The position numbers and the translations under genes are program-made. Below, in pieces: positions 51,901-57,430 of a DNA stretch of 57,430 nucleotides (its first letter is position 1; the number at the start of each line of letters is the position of its first letter). The stretch comes from Octopus sinensis (lineage: Eukaryota): assembly GCF_006345805.1 (NCBI RefSeq), contig NW_021834816.1:1-57430 (forward strand). The letters are read 5' to 3'. The notes below the pieces were generated by a model. It was not told where the DNA came from, made no database searches, and saw only the letters and a program-made list of their open reading frames with translations.

Positions 51901-52689
51901 TAATGAATCAGAATGCGTTGAGCCTATAGACATTATCAGAATATTTTGATTCTACAGAAGTTGATGCTTTGTCGATCTTTGGAATGAAAATTGCTCAATA
52001 TCTTTTGTAGCTGCTGCAAGTCACTTTCTAATGAATTGTCATGTGACTATAATATATTGAATCAACAACGAAGAATTAATAGAATGTTGATAGATGTCTT
52101 TGTTGACAAATGGTCTACTAACACAGTAGCTTGATGCATTAAGAAACCTAACAATAGTCACTAACCACTAAAAATAAACAAACATTATTATCACATTCCA
52201 TTATTAAATAAACAATCATTATTTTTACAATGAAGTAATTGTATTATTCTATCTCAGAAAACGTTTAAGTTACATTCACTCTAAAAAAGCAGTTATATTA
52301 TACTTATTGTGAGAGAGAATCGCGGAGAGAAGATAACAAGAACCAACTAGTCGGGTTAGGGTAACTTCTGCATATTCAGCATACTATCCTAACAGACAAA
52401 ACTGCCTGCAAGGGGAAGAGAAAAGACGAGAAGAGCACAAAATAACAGTAGCACATATGAACATATGGATACAATTTTTCGAAGGAGGATTGAGGTCGAA
52501 TCTAAGATTTGCTCAAAAACTATTTTAATTGCCCGAAAAATCCAATGTTCATAAAACAAGCTAATTAAGCTCTTTAATAACACTGTGTAACACGACTTTT
52601 GCCCTTCGGTAGCAACTGCTATTTCCTATTTGCTTACACCTTGAAAATATGAAAAATGGCTATTTCTTTCAGCCTTTGCTGTTGTTACA

Positions 52690-52865
52690 AACATTCACAC
52701 CCCAAAGAATTCGTCTCAACATATGGGTATGAAGCTCCCCCAATACTCATGCTTATGAGCAGAGATGTACATACTGTCAGCCACAAATGGACATGCCCAA
52801 GTGGTTAAGGTCAAACAACTGACAAGCAAATCTGTGGTATTGGGCAGAATATTTGCTATAACTAT
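52690..52865. repeat. Family C repeat, second copy
   Basis: Homologous to 28160-28330. Confidence 0.6.
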
Positions 52866-53750
52866 ATTTCTGCTTCAGCACCACAGCACTGAATCTGTCA
52901 GAAATGTAATGGAAAATAGGTCAGTTTCAAAATATTGATGTCTAGGTCATGGAAACCACTTAACTTGCAACCGACGAACAAAAAGAGTGAAGAATTTTTG
53001 TGCTAACAAACGACAATATGAGAAGATATGAGCTCACTGTAGAGTAACATCATTCATAAAATGAGGATGTATCTCACTAGGCTGCAAAACGTCTACTTGT
53101 AGACTATAACAGTGGTAAATAAATGATACAAGAATGAGCAGGAGGTGGCTAGTAGAATAACTTCCAAAAAGATGATAATAGTGATAAGGGAAGTTAATCA
53201 GAAGGGTCGTAGCAAAGTTAATGTATCGACTACGTTGGTCTGTTGCAAAATGAATGAGTCTATTCAATATATATGGAAAACTGTGGAATGAGGAAATTCT
53301 GAAAAAAAAAAAAATTATAGAAATCTCCCAAAATAAAACACAGAAGAAATAAAATGTAAAGCTAGGAAAGATATTATCAGCGGTACTTACCCGCTAATTC
53401 TTGTTTAGCAAATTGATGTAGAACAAACACACGACAGTGATAAATTGGCGATGTCTAAAACGGAAATACATAGAGAAAAACATGACCTCAGCGAAAATAA
53501 AATCTTGAAGATGGAATGAATGGAGTATTACAGGATCACATTAAGATTAGATTTTAGAATTCGAGCAAGACTGCTGGGAGCCTGGGCAATTTTTGGTTTT
53601 GCTTTGGCTTCGCTCCGTTGCTGTTTCTGTCCATGAATTGAATTTGGCCACTCTATAAATATAGATCTATAAAATATAACCAGACTGAAATTAGTTCTGA
53701 AGTCAATATGGCCGACTAAATTCCTTGAAGTTAGTCTTTTACTATGGTCC

Positions 53751-54150
53751 AATGGCGAGCTGGCAGAATCGTTAGCATGCCGGGTAAAATGCTTAGCAGT
53801 ATTTCGTCTGCCGTTACGTTCTGAGTTCAAATTCCGCCAAGGGCAACTTTGCTTTTCATCCTTTCGGGGTCGATTAGATAAGTACCAGTGACGCACTGGG
53901 GTCGATATAATCGACTTAATCCGTTTGTCTGTCCTTGTTTGTCCCCACTGTGTATAGCCCCTTGTGGGCAGTAAAGAAATAGGTATTTCGTCCGTCTTTA
54001 CTTCCTGAGTTCAAATTCCGCCGAGGTCTACTTGGCTGTTTATTCCTTACATGGTCGATGAAATAAGTACCAGTTGAATACAGGGGTCAATGCAATCGAT
54101 TTACCCTCTCCCCCGAACTTGGTGTCCTTACTGGCGTCAAAATTTGAAAT
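53751..54150 (+). mobile_element. SINE family B followed directly by a second partial copy
   Basis: Full copy at 53751-53984; the second starts at the shared GGTATTTCGTC motif. Confidence 0.85.
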
Positions 54151-55310
54151 CAATAAACGAATGTTCTGATACGAAAATTAGAAAAAGCTATGCGTATTAT
54201 TATTCACATTTTTCGTAGTTGTAAGATATCTCTGTCTCTGTTTGTTGCCCCCCCCCTCTCTCCCTCCCTCTGTAGCTTTCTATGTGACTACAGTAGAAAA
54301 CAAATCAGTACAAATGTATACACGTCAGACGTCAGTTGTGAGGACAATATATTTGTCGTCATAGAGTGATTGCAAAACGACGAGAAATTAAAGAGAGACC
54401 TTAGAGACTAATTCCATATTAAAGTTCAGTGTCCGGGATGGAAGAAAGAAAATTCTCGGCAATCGATACAATGAATCCATTTGTAGATATTATATTCAGG
54501 GAGAAAACAGCAGATACATCACGTTTCTTGACAATAAATACACAAGGACATACGAACATGGAGACAGCAAATGTCTACAAAGTTACAAAATATCAGTTTT
54601 AAAATCCCTTCTTAGAAGAGGATTTCGATTCACTTCCGCAAGCGAAGCACTGTCTAAAGATATTTAGAGTAAAACAAACACTAATCAACGGCGCTTATTC
54701 TAATAACAAACAAACCGAGCTATGGAACAATGCAAAAAGAAATAGAGTATAACAAGTATTCTGTATATGCTATATAGTATTTCTTTTCATATTATAATGA
54801 GACACTACATCAATTCTAAATGCATAAACTATGGTGAGAACCATATCCAACCCTTGTAAAATAAAGCACAAAATCCAGAATACTAGACAATAAATTAAGA
54901 CTTATACTATATTACAAAACCCACTAAGTTCTTCTTTTTCTTTTTTGCCAAGAACAAACGTCAAATAAGTAAACTCGCAAATAAGCTACAAATTATTAAT
55001 GTGGCTTATAAATTCAATTGCAAACATGAAAGTTGCAAATATTACGACTTCAACTGTTATATTGACCATATATGTACGATATTCTCTCACCTTCTACCGT
55101 ACACTTACAACAAGGACTATAGCATACAACACAAATCAAAACTAGGTAGAAAAATAGTAAAGAACAATGGAACTGCTCTACAAAAATACTCGATTAACAA
55201 TTGAATACATATAACACTAATTTGTCACAATAAAAAAACAAACACATGACTGAGAAAGTATAACAGTAGTTGTCGAAATTAGAATTCTGGTGGTAATATT
55301 TTGCACACCA

Positions 55311-55642
55311 AAGATGGTGAGCTGGCAGAAACGTTAGCACGCCGGGCGAAATGCTTAGCGGTATTTCGTCTGTCTTTACGTTCTGAGTTCAAATTTCGCC
55401 GAAGTCGACTTTGCCTTTCATCCTTTCGGAGTCGATAAATTAAGTACCAGTTGCGTACTGGGGTCGATCTAATCGACTGGCTCCCTCTCAAAAAATTTCA
55501 GGCCACGTGTCTAGTGTAGAAAAGAATATTTTTCACGCTAAGTGCGGCGAGCTGGCAGAATCGTTAGCACACCGGGTGAAATACTTAGCAGTATTTTGTC
55601 TGTCTTTATGCTCTGAGTTCAAATTTCGCCGAGGTCGACTAA
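55311..55642 (+). mobile_element. Two head-to-tail SINE family B copies
   Basis: Heads near 55311 and 55541. Confidence 0.85.
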
Positions 55643-55829
55643 GCAATATATGTGTGTGCTTGTGTCTGTGTATGTATGTATATATGTACATATGAATATG
55701 TATGCATGTATGCATATATATACATACATATGAATATACAGACGTAGACACATACACACACACACACACACACACATACACATACATATATATATATATA
55801 TATACATACATACATCTATGTATGTAGTG

Positions 55830-56025
55830 AATCCAAACAAAGAAGAACAAACAAGAAAAAACAATAACGCGAGGACGTGGTACACGTACTGTCTTATCAG
55901 GCGCTCAGGAAATGAAGGAAAGAGGATTTAACGTTTCGAGCCTTGCTCTTCTTCAGAAGTAGAGGAAAGTCCAAAGAAAGGGATGACGGAGGAAGAAAAT
56001 CGCCAACGATACACACGCGGTTACA
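55830..56025 (-). mobile_element. F2-related PLE-type terminus with an intact hammerhead core (55924-55960)
   Basis: UU-CUGAAGA-A-GAGC/GCUC-GAAACGUU-AA; stem I is weak (2 bp), and a U-rich tail follows. Confidence 0.65.
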
Positions 56026-56405
56026 TGTATATGTCCACACGCACACACACATATACAAAAAGCAGTGAATCAAGAGGTAGTCGGTGCTACGACTTTAAGT
56101 CTCTGCGATTTAAATAAAGGAGAAGAAAGGAAGTACAAGAAAGCTCATATAGAAAATATACAATATTTATCTAGGAATACTAACCTAGGTAACACACTGT
56201 GCAATTTTAGCCTGTATATGTGTATGTGTGCGTGTGCACGTATATGCATATATTTATTTATTTATATATGTGCGTGCGTATGTGTGTGCATGTATGTATA
56301 TGTATTCGTATATAAGTACGCTCATTCATTTAAGCGTGTGTGTATAATACGTCCATTTATCGTTTCTCGATTTAATGATTTATCGATTTATATACTATTT
56401 GTCTG

Positions 56406-56444
<39 letters not shown>

Positions 56445-56537
56445 GTCTATGCACTAATCTCATATTATATCTTGCTTCATCTATTTAGCATATATGCTAG
56501 CTTATAATGTATAGATACATGTGTATATACTATAATT

Positions 56538-56580
<43 letters not shown>

Positions 56581-56807
56581 ATGTATGTATATATATATAC
56601 ATACATATATACAGACATGCATACATATATATATATATATATATAACACACCAGACACACATATATATATATACATATATATATAAACAAATTTTCATAT
56701 CTACATAACCACATATGTGTATACATACATGCATATATATGCATACATAGATATATGTATATATATATATATATATGTGTGTGTGTATATATATATGTAT
56801 ATACGTG

Positions 56808-56855
<48 letters not shown>

Positions 56856-57430
56856 CATACATACATACATACATACACATACTTTCACACTTATGTATAT
56901 GTATGTATATGAGTGTGTTGCGTACGCGTGTATATAGTCACACAGCTATGCCTAAATATCTACATACATATATACATTCAAGAACGCCCTCTCTCTCTCT
57001 CTCTCACACACACACTCAATGCATCCGCCCTTTAATCTCATACTCCATCTGACTGCATATCCTCTGTCACTCTAGCTATCAGGTCTGTGCTCCACATTAT
57101 CACAGGATCTAACCAATATCGGCATTAGCCATTATTGACACACCACAAGAATTTCCACGCTTTTCGATATCGAAGATATTAAACTGACATATAATACACT
57201 GACCTGATTTCTATCACTAATGGTATATTGACAAATTCTTATTTATGCCATCTGTTAATTTTCTCCTGATGATACTTTTCGTATTACAAAGCCGTATAAT
57301 ATTTGCCCATCTCCCAAGCATTTCTACTCATTTAATTTAATCCGTTGGTTTGTTTCTGTCTATCTGTTTACCTATCACACTTGTTTGCTGTCTGGTAATC
57401 AATGCGACTATTTATCTAGCTGCTACACAG

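Overview
Repeat-saturated animal genomic DNA. It most likely comes from an octopus or other coleoid cephalopod; this is an inference from the SINE families and the extreme microsatellite load. I cannot support any host protein-coding gene, and most ORFs in the track are translated microsatellites. The window holds two tRNA-derived SINE families (called A and B here), decayed RTE, R4/Dong-like, CR1/Jockey-like and Tx1/L1 LINEs, Penelope-like element (PLE) pieces, a mariner, a hAT MITE with its TSD, and Helitron remnants. The main unexplained signal is about 13 type-I minimal hammerhead ribozyme (HHR) motifs. Six of them sit in three sequence-unrelated palindromic elements (13601-14671, 41331-41732, 46724-47099). 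These look like MITEs, but each inverted arm carries an outward-facing HHR whose predicted cleavage site lies about 34-42 nt inside the end of the arm. The same 'HHR, about 44 nt, then (TA)n' end is seen on a GIY-YIG-encoding PLE in this window. Other notable points are an RTE LINE with a twin-priming-type 5' inversion, a SINE whose 3' tail matches the 3' end of the Tx1 LINE, and a PLE LTR that combines tRNA-like promoter boxes with an HHR. All folds and alignments were done by eye, and no activity has been tested.
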